Source: Psammoneis japonica
Taxonomy: Eukaryota
Length of the DNA stretch: 64,000 nucleotides
Direction of reading: 5' to 3'
Assembly (NCBI GenBank): GCA_008632985.1
Contig: QPGO01000158.1
Location: 62,001 to 126,000, forward strand
This document shows, piece by piece, positions 13,966 to 24,768 of this stretch. Position 1 is the stretch's first letter, and every line of letters starts with the position of its first letter. A program made the translations under genes and the position numbers. The notes beneath the pieces are model-generated. The model made no database searches and was not told the origin of the DNA. It worked only from the letters and a program-made list of their open reading frames with translations.

Positions 13966-16900
13966 AAGGAGGTCCTTCCTCCCACGTTCTTTTCTGCACC
14001 CTTTGTGCCACGAGCCTTTTGACACGATTGCTGTCTCACCTGGCTCCTGCTCTCCCTTCTTTCTTTGTTGTGCTTCCTTTTGCAACCCCTTCTGGTGTGC
14101 TCCCTGACGCAATTGCCCCTGTGAATGCAACAACCCCTGGCCACTCAAATGCCCCTCACCCTTCTTCGGCACTCCCTGTCAAGCTCTGCAGAGCCACCCC
14201 TTTGCACTCTTTTTCCATTGCGGCCACGCAGTTGCCATCTGTAATTGCAACGGTTGTTGCCTGTGTTGCTCTGCTGGATTGAAAGCCAGCAGCACTTCTC
14301 CAACACAGTCTCTGACCTCACACCTGCAAGCTCTCTTTGCTGGTTGCTTTTTTGCTGTGTGGGCAGCTTTCTCTTGACGACCCTGCCCGCTTTTTCTTCA
14401 TGATCCCGCCCGCTTTTTCTTGATGGTCATGCTGATGATGCCTCTGATGGCTCTTTTGTCATCTCTTCTCATTTGATCTGCCATGCTGCTGATGAACCTT
14501 TTTCCAACTCCCATTGTCTGCTGCCTCCTCCCAGTTTCTCTGCCACCCTGATGGCCCCCTCCATTTTGGCAGTCATGTTGACGCCCATTTCTGTTGCCCC
14601 TCATGCCCCTCACACTTCCAGTTGGGCTCTTGAAACCTTTGCTCAACTCAAATGATGCACATTCCTGCCCAAACCCATGCTCCCCATCTTGCCTGATCAC
14701 CTTGACCCCACCTCAAGTCCTTCTTGCAATGGCGCTGCCAACCCCTGCTGCAACCATGCATTTTACTGCTGATCCCTTGGACACAAAACCACCCTGTCCA
14801 ATGCATCCACAATGGCCTTTTTGCCCTGTTCCAAACACTGGCCCCACTCTTCAGCAGCTGCAATGACTCCTGCTCTGCAGCCCACCACAAACCCACCACA
14901 ACCTTGCCCCTCACTCACCCCTTTGAGCACCCCACCCACTGACACAGGCACCCAGCTCCACGCAGCCACCTCTGCTGCCTCCCCTTCAGGACATTGCTGC
15001 ATTGCCATCAACATCATCATCTCCAAACCTCCTCCACTTCCAGCCCCTGGCTTGCCTGCCTTCACTCTCAGCCCTGTTGCTGAGGCACACCATGTGAGCG
15101 CCAAGAGAAAATTCAATGGAGCGCATGAAACCCAACACAAAGCAACCCTCACATCTGCCCTGAATGATGCTGGCATCTGTCTTGTCCCTTTCACCATCAA
15201 CCCCCGTTGTTTTCCTTGCCATCTTCTTTTTAGAGTGGATCAAGACTGCCACACCCTCCCTGCTCCACACCCCCCTGCCTTGGACCAATGAATCCTCCTT
15301 GAAGCACCCAGCCACCCATGCCACATGCACCCACGCCCAACTGCCACCCTCCACCATCATCTCTGCTGCTGCTGCGACTTGGCAAAACACTTTGCACCTC
15401 ACCACTGCTCCGTTGCATTGGGGCCTCCAAAGCCTCAGCTTTGTGATTGCCAAGTCCCCAGCTGACCAACTTGCTCACCATTCCACCAAACTGCAGTCCC
15501 AGCTCACCAGTTTCTCCCCCAGACCCACCCCTCCCCCCACCAAAGAACAAGCAGACATTTCTTTTTGCTGCAGACTGCCACTGTGTTTTGGTCATGATCT
15601 TTTTTCTCTGCACTGATGTTTTGGCATTGTTTTTTTGTTTGTTTGAGATGAGCTGTTGATTGTGCAATCATGTTGTCCTGCATTTTGCCTGTTGCATTGG
15701 CTGGGGAAACTGCCCAGCACACATGCACAAAAAGTCCATGCATGTGCAACTTTGCCAAGTGGCACAAGGGGGGTGGCAAGGGTGGAACTGAGTTGTGTGG
15801 GCCATTTTTGCCTTTTTGGGCTGAATGTGCAATGGAAGGAGGAGGCTGCCAGAGGCTTGCATGTTGTCTGTTGTCATCCATCATGTGTGTCCTTGGGGTG
15901 AGATGCCAAAGGAATGTGGGAAGTTTGGCCATTGTGGTGTTGAGTGGCTGCTCATGGTGCATCTGCACAAATTGCAAATGGATCTTGAGAGGTCAGAAAC
16001 TTGCCATTTGGTGCTTCCAAAAACTCTGCAGAGGAGAAAGCTGCACAGCTGATTGCACACTGCAAAAACTGTTGGCTTTCCATGCACTTGTCATCAACTT
16101 TGTTGGCCCCAACTTTCAAGAAGAACTTGTGCAAACACTCTGAAAAATGCTGTGGTGAATGGCTCCTTCCAAGAGCCACAGTGCGCATGGGCAAAATTTT
16201 TGAAAAAGCAGCAGCAAAAGGCAACATGAGAAGTGGGAAGCAATCACATCATCTGCAGAAAACAATGTCTCAATGGGTTGCAAGCAAGGAGGATGGCTCC
16301 TTTGCTGGGCAATGGCAAGAGTGCATGAAATCACTTTGAAACAGACTCTGAAGATGGAAAAAGCAAAAGCAATTCTTGGCAAGACAGTGACTGACAAAAT
16401 GGAGTTGAAAAGCTTGGCACCATGACCCACTCAACAAACAGCTTGTCCCAGTGCATTCTCAAGCTACAAATGAGTCTTGAGGCCATGCCAGAAAAGAGGG
16501 CAGCACCCTGATGTCTCAAAATCTTTTTCTCTTTTGGCCCATGATTGCTGGCCATTGTCCATGGTTTCTTTGATGAAACAACAACAAAGAAGCTCAGTGA
16601 TGATGGCACATGTCATCCACATTGTCCAAAAAACATTTGTTGCAAATGTTGCATGTCACAAGCCATTGGTGCTTTCTTGGGGGGACACACAAGCAGGCGG
16701 GCATCAAAAGCTGTGGATGTTGCTCTGTGGAGGGACCAAAGGTGGTGGCAAAATGGGCTGACAAAAAAGAGGATGTTGGCAAAGGAGTTTAAACAAAAAC
16801 AATGCACAGCTCAATCTCACCTTGTGTTGCTGCTCATTGCCATGCATCGAGAAGCAAGAAATGGCCGCCCAAACCATGCAACAGCTCATCCACAAAAACA

Positions 16901-17044
16901 ATGGAGTGCCATGATGGGTGCTGACACATGACTGTGCACGTGCACAAAAGCTTGCTCTCTGCTTTAAACAGGACCCTTGACATTTCCTGCAATGGAAAAA
17001 GTGGCAAACAAAAGAGTCCTTGAGAGTGCTCTTTTGGTGTGTGG

Positions 17045-17460
17045 TTGTCCAAACCATCACATCATGGGCTGCACAAAGCAGAGAGCACAACCTCACAAAA
17101 CATGTGCACCATTTTGAGTCTCCCAAACAACAGATGAGCTGACAGACATTTCTTGTGGCATTGGCACAAGACATGTGCCAGACAATGGAGTCTGCAAGAG
17201 GTGCTTGTTGGATGTGCAGCTGTCCAAACCACAAACTGCACAAAGCAGAGAATTTGATTTCACAAGAAATGCGTGCCATTTTGAGTCTCCGAAACAATGG
17301 ATGCAACCAAATCAACACATGTGGGACAAACTGACAGGTGTCTCCTGTGGCATTGGCACAAGAAACAGACAATGGAGTCTGGCTGCAAGAGCATTGCTTT
17401 GACCAGGAGGTGTCCAAACCACAAACTGCAAAAAGTGGAAAATGCAACACAAAACATGCA
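17045..17460. repeat. Degenerate tandem repeat, period about 175-190 bp
   Basis: tgtccaaacca recurs near 17046, 17221 and 17411; ttttgagtctcc..aaacaa..gatg and tgtggcattggcacaaga each occur twice. Confidence 0.75.
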
Positions 17461-18099
17461 ACATTTTTTGTCGCCCAAAGAAGACATGCAACCAAGCCTG
17501 CTTGGGCTCAGTCAACTGACAGATGCATCACAAAGTGTGGGGCACCTTTGACCTTTTTTGACGTGTTGTCACTTGCCACATGTTTGATGCCGGGAGCCCA
17601 CAATTTTCAGGGAAAAGTCATCTCAAGAGAAGCCAACAATGACAAAACACCTGATGGCAAACACAAAGAAAAAAGACCAAGGCTGTGATTTTCACCTGCC
17701 ATCACAAACAAAGCAGATGTCACAGGTTGAGAAGGAAGGATAAAGCCAAGTTGTCACTGCTCTGAACAAAGGTGCCAGCCATGGTGCTCCCCAACCCAAG
17801 TGCCAAGTTTTGGAGTCTTGACTCTGGGAAGAAAATCTGTTGTCCAACAAATGAGAAAATTGAGTTTTGTTCCACACAGAGCAGAGAAACAGCCATTGAA
17901 AACATGTTGCCACCACACCAACTGTCTTGCCATCTTGCAAGGCCACAATGGCTTGCATGCTGCAATGCTGCATGCCTTGCCTGGGTGAAGACTCTCCTCA
18001 CAGAGCCAAGATTCAAGAGCAAGGCCAGACAGGAGAGCAAGTCATGCACGGGTGCAGATGCATGAGAGTGGCATCACATTTTTTGCTCAAGCCTTTGGA

Positions 18100-19100
18100 G
18101 AAATTTGCACCCCAAGTTTCATTGTGAGAGGGCATCTGAGAATTTGATCATGGCCCTCCATGTGACATTGACAATGAGTGCAACAGCAACCAGCACAGGT
18201 GGGGTTGCAGCAATGGACTGTCTTGTTGGTGGGTGGCAAGTCCTTGGTCAACTCCTTGTTGGTCAACTCACGCGGACTTTGCTGGGCATGCTGTGAGACA
18301 TCAAATTTGTCACACCTGCCAGTCAGTGGCTTTGAGTGCCCCATCTGACCACTTGTTCTTTTCCTGCACAGCCACACTGTCAAAGAGGGGGTGGGATGAA
18401 CTCACATTTTGAAGCAGCCAACAACAAACCCTGGACTTCCAAATTTGTGAAGCAAAGTGGCAGGATGTGTGGCACCAGCAAGGTGTGAAAAAGAGTCGCT
18501 GGGCAAGCTGTTGCTCTGGCAACCCTTTGCTCAATGTGCTGCAACTGAGATGTTGTGCATGCACTCAGTCAAAAAATCTCATGTCTGTTGGAGGGAGCAG
18601 AGCACTTGTTCATGTGGAAGAGCATCCCACTCCAGGCAAAGCATGCAAGCAATGATGTGACATTGGAAGAAATCTGCTCTCCAGGGTGCAGGAAGTCCTC
18701 CTTGTAATTTGGCAGAGGAGAGTGGTGCTGAGATTTGAAATCATCTCCCAACCAAAGAGGAGCTGTCTCACAATGCAGATCAACTCCAGCCAAGAACACA
18801 AGCTGACAAAAATCCATCAGTCAGAAAAGAATTCAGGGGGAATAGAAAGGGGGCCACAGGCTTTTGTGCAGTGCAAAGATGGGTCTGAAACTCAAATGCG
18901 GGGCCAGTGCAACATCTGCCAGTGGGGCACCATTGACCACAAGAGTCCATCCAAACATTGCATTGAATTGCGCAATGGAGCCATCACACTGTCAACAACC
19001 ACACTGCAGAAAAAGAAGTGCAAGCATTTGGCAATTTTAAACACTGAGACATGCAGCACAGGATGATCAAGCAAACAGAGACAGCCCCCACTTTGGCAAC
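18100..19100. repeat. About 970 bp dispersed repeat, copy 2
   Basis: Direct similarity to 12785-13760. Confidence 0.9.
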
Positions 19101-19364
19101 AACAGGAGCAACAGCGGTGGCAGCAGCAGCGGCAACAACAGCAACATTTCCTCAAAGTTGCTGGGGAATGGAAGAGTGGGGGTCAATGTTGCAGGAGATC
19201 CATGGAGCACAAAAGCCAAAGCAAAGAGGTTCAGGAGCTGTTTCTTGCTCCACCACTTTGTCCTTGGCCTTGATGTCATTGTGATGGGAAATGTGTTGAA
19301 GTCCAAGGGAGACCAGAAAAAATGTGGGTGCTCTTCTTCTGGCTCTTTTTTGGGTGCAATGTGA

Positions 19365-19500
19365 GGACAGCCACTGGAAAACCCAACTCTTTCTCCCTCC
19401 TGGTGTTGCAACTGCTGTTTCTTAAATTGACACATGGCAATTGCAGATGCAACAAGAAACACCACAAACACCATTGCCAAGGTCAACAAGCAAAAGTTGT
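19365..19500 (-). pseudogene. Degraded N-terminal membrane segment of the phoD-like paralog
   Basis: VFLVASAIA.. and DNA ggtgttgcaactgctgttt..attgac..tggcaattgcagatgcaac align with 21870-21980 (FFIASAIATSIFTNNNYNTREEKEW). Confidence 0.65.
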
Positions 19501-20218
19501 TGGAAATCCAAAAACAAAAATGCCCCCTTGTGAGCTGGCTGGTGGCAGTCCTCTGCTCCTTCTTTGCAAAAATGTTTTTGCGCAGCCCAGCATGGAACTT
19601 GAGCCAAAATGCAAATCTTGCTTGACACATGATTGTGAGGTGTCCATTGGAGATTTTGAAGTTGGGCAACACATTCATGCAGCAGCAGCACTTGCATGAA
19701 GTCAAGCCAAGTTGCTGTGGTTGTGGCGTTCTTGCCCGGGGTGCAAAAAGGTGGTGCCGAGATTTGTGATTTGACCCATGTGTGTGATCTCACACCATCA
19801 GTGGCTTTGATTAATTGGCCCACCAATGTGCTGATTGCAAGTGCCAGATCTGTGTGCCACCCCTGATTGCAGTGCAGCAAGTGTCCTGGCTGTGCTCCGC
19901 CCCAACCAACTGCCCACCACCCACCTCACCATCTTGCAACATCAAGGTGTTGAGAAACTGCAATGATGCTGCAGCTCACAATTGTGAACATGTGTTCACT
20001 TCATTTTGCAATGGCTGCTCCCAAAGCCACATCCTGAGAATCGGTCAGGTTGAGTCGTGCGGAAATGCAAAACACAACTGCTTGATTCTTCAAAAGGATG
20101 GTGTCGCCGTTTGACACGAAAGACACTTTCCACCTAATTGCCAGTACAGCACTTACGAAGGGGGGTTGGCAGCAAAAATTAAATTGAGTCACAGAAGTCT
20201 TCTTCTGATTGCTTCTAC

Positions 20219-22021
20219 CTAGTCGTTAGTCCCTGGTGAGTCTTCCGAGTTGACTTCAAACTGGTCCTCCGCAATTTCTTCTTGATCGCCTTCTCCTTCC
20301 GCTGTTTTGGAGCGTCTCCGCACCGTCACTACCCAAGCAACAACGAACGTCAGACCACAAATCATCTGCACCATAAGGATGACTAGAATCGAAAATGTTT
20401 CGAATTGATTAATATCACGAGCGATTGGAATTCCAACTCCTACCGCCAAGGTTCCGAAACCAATGACGAGGGCAAGTCCAAATATGCAGAGCCCCCTTTT
20501 CCAATCCAAGTACCAGCCTCCCACAATGGACATGATGGCCAGACACGCTGCAGAGATGCCCAAGAGAGCATAGGACCCAGAGGACATCGTAGTGGCAGAA
20601 CAAGTTCCGGTGCCGGCATTCTCAGTGGAAGAAAAAATCTTTCCACAGAGCTCCAGCGTCATAATCTCACTTCCAGATTCGTCGTAGGATACAATCTTCA
20701 TGCAAGACTCATCACCATCACTGGTGGCCATTTCAAAATCAATAATACTGTACTGATGATTCCTTTCCAATCTTGTCGTGTGGCAATGATGAGTAAACGG
20801 ACCTCCCTTGGCAGATCCGAGCCGGTCCAACGGACCTGTATGCAAAATAGGAAAGGACAACGTTGCATTTTCGTCTGGGCCATAGTATGTGTTGCTACCA
20901 TCATCAAAGCCAACCATGTGTGCATCCGCCGATATCATGATCAGATTCTGCGGGCCGTCCTGCCCACCAATGTTTGTGGTAATGAAATCGGACAACTCCG
21001 CCCTGTCGTTCCCGTATGCCTTCCATGAATCGTCTTCTCCGGCAGGTTCCTCTTCTCCAATCCAAGGCTTTGTAGACACGAGAATGACAAAATCATAAGA
21101 ATCAGCATCTGAAAGCTCCTCAAATAACCAGGTCCTTTGTTCATCGCTATAAATGCTGTTTAACGACGCTTCCGACCTCAGATCCATCACAATGAATCGC
21201 ACCGTGCCAATGGTGAATGCGTGATAAGGCGATGTATATTCTCCATTCTGCGAATTCTCAGCACTGGGAAGGGGAGAATAATAAGGAAAGCCAATTGCAT
21301 ATGTCTCCAAGGCAGACTGGCGACCCTCGCCTTGACCAGTACTGTCATTACCAAGCCAATCATGGTCATCCCACATGTAAACTAGGCCCGTACTAGAGAA
21401 GAGCGTTGCCTGATTCGAGCTCCCCAGAACCCTGTCAACAGCTTCAATTCTAATTTGAGTATTGTTTTCTGCAATATCTTCGTAATGAAAATCACCCAAG
21501 TGTATAAAGAAGAGAGGGTTCCGCTCAGCAATCTTGGAAAACACTTTGCTCTTGGATCCCGACCACGCGCAACCTGCGGCCGCAATTCGAAAATTGAAGC
21601 GTTCTCCTTCCAAACCTGGAGTTGAAAAGGAGCCCCGTCTTGTGGTAGAGTCGCCATTCGAGAGTCCATAATAATACATAGTCTCAGCATCCAAGCCAGT
21701 CGCATCCAATGTTTGTACGAGCGCGGCAGAGGATGAGGTACCTGACGATACCTCTTGTCGAAACACCGGATTCGACAAGTCCTCGTTTGTAGATACCAAC
21801 AGCACGTCGGTGCTAGGCGTCTCATGAGTGCGTATCCGAAAGGTGGCACTGGACGACGTAAGGCCACCTACAAGAATCCATTCCTTTTCTTCACGGGTGT
21901 TGTAGTTGTTGTTTGTAAAGATTGACGTGGCAATAGCGGAGGCAATGAAAAACGCCATGAGAATCGTTGTAAAGGTTAATAGGTTAAACCCAAACACCCT
22001 TTTGAGTCGTTCGCACGTCAT
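20219..22021 (-). CDS. PhoD-like metallophosphatase, membrane anchored
   Basis: HLGDFHYED, YMWDDHDW, FIVMDLRSE, ISADAHM; N-terminal TM and 3 C-terminal TM segments; intronless 600 aa. Confidence 0.88.
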   Translation of the reverse strand: MTCERLKRVFGFNLLTFTTILMAFFIASAIATSIFTNNNYNTREEKEWILVGGLTSSSATFRIRTHETPSTDVLLVSTNEDLSNPVFRQEVSSGTSSSAALVQTLDATGLDAETMYYYGLSNGDSTTRRGSFSTPGLEGERFNFRIAAAGCAWSGSKSKVFSKIAERNPLFFIHLGDFHYEDIAENNTQIRIEAVDRVLGSSNQATLFSSTGLVYMWDDHDWLGNDSTGQGEGRQSALETYAIGFPYYSPLPSAENSQNGEYTSPYHAFTIGTVRFIVMDLRSEASLNSIYSDEQRTWLFEELSDADSYDFVILVSTKPWIGEEEPAGEDDSWKAYGNDRAELSDFITTNIGGQDGPQNLIMISADAHMVGFDDGSNTYYGPDENATLSFPILHTGPLDRLGSAKGGPFTHHCHTTRLERNHQYSIIDFEMATSDGDESCMKIVSYDESGSEIMTLELCGKIFSSTENAGTGTCSATTMSSGSYALLGISAACLAIMSIVGGWYLDWKRGLCIFGLALVIGFGTLAVGVGIPIARDINQFETFSILVILMVQMICGLTFVVAWVVTVRRRSKTAEGEGDQEEIAEDQFEVNSEDSPGTND

Positions 22022-22330
22022 GGTCGCTTATCGAAAAGATGGAAGTCACCACACAGTGAGCCGTAACAAAGCAATCAAGCGAGCCATCATGGTGGATGAT
22101 GGCAAAATAAAAAAAAAAAACTGCCGTGTCAGTCAGTCCGCCCACCGTAATCGAATCACCCAACGCTCGCGCCGCAGCAACTAACACGACTCGACCTCGT
22201 GCTTCCACGTGTAGTCTCTAGGCCATAAAGTCTAAACCTTGGGACCGATACCCCCAGCATTGTTTCGCCAGCTGTTCGACCATGAGCTTAGGGCATAACA
22301 GCAGCCGTTCCCCGTTCACCATATCATGCT

Positions 22331-23434
22331 ATGAGCACTAAACTCGTAATGTCAAGTCCCAGACACTTCCCTAGGACACCAAAAGTACAAACAAGCGGCG
22401 TTCTTTCCGGCATGTTTGCTGTATGTGCGGTAGTCTCACTGTTTATGCTTCAGCTGGATGCGTTCGTAGTGGAGCCACCAGTTACAAGAGTAAGAGACAA
22501 GTATGTAACTCAGAGAGAGATCAGAGAGAATGGCAAGACAAGATATGTTGGTATTAAGAAGCGCTACGAGATAAATCACGCACTGCAAAGGCCTAAAGCC
22601 ATGCACATGTCGAGCGCAGAAAACGAGAATCACAATGTGTCGCTAAATAGCAACATTCCAACTCATGTGGCTTTTGTTTGCGACGGTAATTCGAGATGGG
22701 CCAAGCGTAACGGATTGCCCACCGCTCTAGGACACGCGGCGGGAGCAGATCGTCTCGTCAAGTTGCTTCAGAGCTTGCGAGACCAGGGTGTAGCGTATTG
22801 CACAATGTATGGCTTTTCCACAGAGAATTGGAAACGGACTATCAAAGAAGCGACTGAAATCTTCAACGCCATGGAACAGACAGCTCGCAAGATGCACGAC
22901 CAGGCCATTCGGGATGGCTTAGTTGTCAAAATATTGGGAGACTTACATGATGAAAGAATCCCGGTTTCCGTGCAAGAAACTCTTGACAAATTGCAGAAAG
23001 AAACAGCAGCTGCCGCTGAGAAGAACAACAACAAGGCACAGTTAACTATGTGCATAGCCATAAACTATGGCGGACGACAGGATATTATCAATGCCGCTGC
23101 AAAGCTTGTCAAACAATCAAAAGGCGTCGATGAATCTTTAACAATATCCGAAGACGAATTCTCCTCTTTGCTGTGTACAGACGGTGTTCCGGACCCCGAT
23201 TTGATTATACGAACCGGTGGAGAACGACGCTTATCCAACTTTTTGCTGTGGAATGCGGCTTATGCTGAAATATACTTCTCCGACGTCCTTTGGCCAGACT
23301 TTGATGACAAATGTTTGGATGAAGCCTTGACATGGTATGCACATCGAAATCGACGATTCGGTGGACGAAATACGGAGGAGAAATACAACGGCAAGAACGA
23401 GAATGACAAAGTAACTCCTTCGAATCATCCTTGA
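22331..23434 (+). CDS. cis-prenyltransferase (UPPS/DHDDS family), probably plastid-targeted
   Basis: HVAFVCDGNSRWA, GFSTENWKR, INYGGRQDI, DLIIRTGGERRLSNFLLW, RRFGG; hydrophobic leader with LDAFVV. Confidence 0.93.
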   Translation: MSTKLVMSSPRHFPRTPKVQTSGVLSGMFAVCAVVSLFMLQLDAFVVEPPVTRVRDKYVTQREIRENGKTRYVGIKKRYEINHALQRPKAMHMSSAENENHNVSLNSNIPTHVAFVCDGNSRWAKRNGLPTALGHAAGADRLVKLLQSLRDQGVAYCTMYGFSTENWKRTIKEATEIFNAMEQTARKMHDQAIRDGLVVKILGDLHDERIPVSVQETLDKLQKETAAAAEKNNNKAQLTMCIAINYGGRQDIINAAAKLVKQSKGVDESLTISEDEFSSLLCTDGVPDPDLIIRTGGERRLSNFLLWNAAYAEIYFSDVLWPDFDDKCLDEALTWYAHRNRRFGGRNTEEKYNGKNENDKVTPSNHP

Positions 23435-23828
23435 CGATCCCATAAACCGGCTGTGCGGTGGGAAAAGTATAGCTCCATGCAAGCCATATGTGCCAGAGTC
23501 GATGTTGGCTCTGTTCCTTTTTCACACCTACAGACGGATATATATCTACCAGCTGCCCTTGCGTCTCCAGTGGCTTCTCAAACTTTTCATATTATGCCGA
23601 TGGTGAATCGGCCAAGATTGATTATTGAGAATCCTGGTGCATTATTCAGGATACCAGATGCACTTCTACTCTCTAGAGAGTACCGGTAGATCCAAGATAT
23701 CTCAATCGCGCAATGCCTGGGTTGCAATCTCCACGACTCAGAGAGCGTTGAGATTTTAGTCGTGTTTCGCCGCCAACAAGGATCTAACAACTTGAAACTA
23801 ATGCTCACAACATACCGATAAGGTAAAA

Positions 23829-24311
23829 ATGCCTCTGCCCTCTATCTCAGATCAAACTATGGATAAGGCAGAGAAGATCAATTTCAGTTTCAACAAGTTC
23901 GTCCCAGAGTTGAGAGACTGTGACGAATGCTACAAGTATCCGATGGCCGAGAAGTTGTGGTGCAAGGAGACTCCGAAAACCAAAGGTCCCAACTCAGAGC
24001 CTTGCTTCATTCAAGGCTCTGATGTTGGGTTGAAGCATAATTACGTGTATGGGCCTGGATCTTGCGGGAAAGGCTACTACCTATTGCTGACGAGGAGTTC
24101 CTACAAGATCCTGTTCGCTCGTCTATCGAGTGAGGCGCCACCGGGGTGCGGGTGCACGAAGTCAGCCAGAAAAGAGCACTCTGATCACGACGAAGTCAGG
24201 CAAATTATGTTCAATCGAAGTATCGGTTCCAGACCAGATGATGCTCAATGTTGCGAAGATGCGATTGCCTGTGCCCGTGGAACTGCCATCTCGTACCACC
24301 TCTGTGACTAG
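23829..24311 (+). CDS. Hypothetical Cys-containing protein
   Basis: 160 aa ATG-initiated ORF with protein-like composition in an unmutated region. Confidence 0.55.
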   Translation: MPLPSISDQTMDKAEKINFSFNKFVPELRDCDECYKYPMAEKLWCKETPKTKGPNSEPCFIQGSDVGLKHNYVYGPGSCGKGYYLLLTRSSYKILFARLSSEAPPGCGCTKSARKEHSDHDEVRQIMFNRSIGSRPDDAQCCEDAIACARGTAISYHLCD

Positions 24312-24768
24312 AACTACCGCACCAACTCGCGGCGAATGATAAGCAACCACAATAGATTTTCTTTTTACGCTTTACCAATTGATGCGTATGGAAGAGTGGG
24401 AAACGCACCCTTTTAACGCAAATATTTAATCTGTAATATTTCATTGCACAACGAGAGTGACTACCTATCCTATATTCATTGTCCTGAACCAACCATCTTC
24501 AATCTCATAGGATCGACGATCCTCAAAACACTCGCGGGATTGTTCGTCATTCACGGAAACGATTTTCATGTTGCCATCGCGCCATTTAAAGTTCAAAAGA
24601 CACCCGAAGAAACTCAAAACAATAATGCTTTTGTTCATCAACACAAAACGATGCACTTAAACACATATATATTTGTAAGCACTCGCCGCGTCCACACCAA
24701 TCGCCAGTCATCGATAAGGCAAAGAACCTTGCTTTATGAATTCTAGTGTAGGCGCGAATAGTTTGAAA

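Larger units (their letters stand above)
13970..20120. mobile_element. Heavily mutated repeat/TE block, family not assignable
   Basis: Almost no TA or CG dinucleotides, strong excess of TG/CA, many overlapping Cys/His-rich junk ORFs, internal repeats. Confidence 0.65.

Noticed and set aside
13970..20120. Many Cys/His-rich ORFs as real metal-binding proteins or an alternative genetic code
   Set aside because: They overlap in all frames and are explained by TpA/CpG loss; neighbouring genes use Tyr and TAA/TAG normally.
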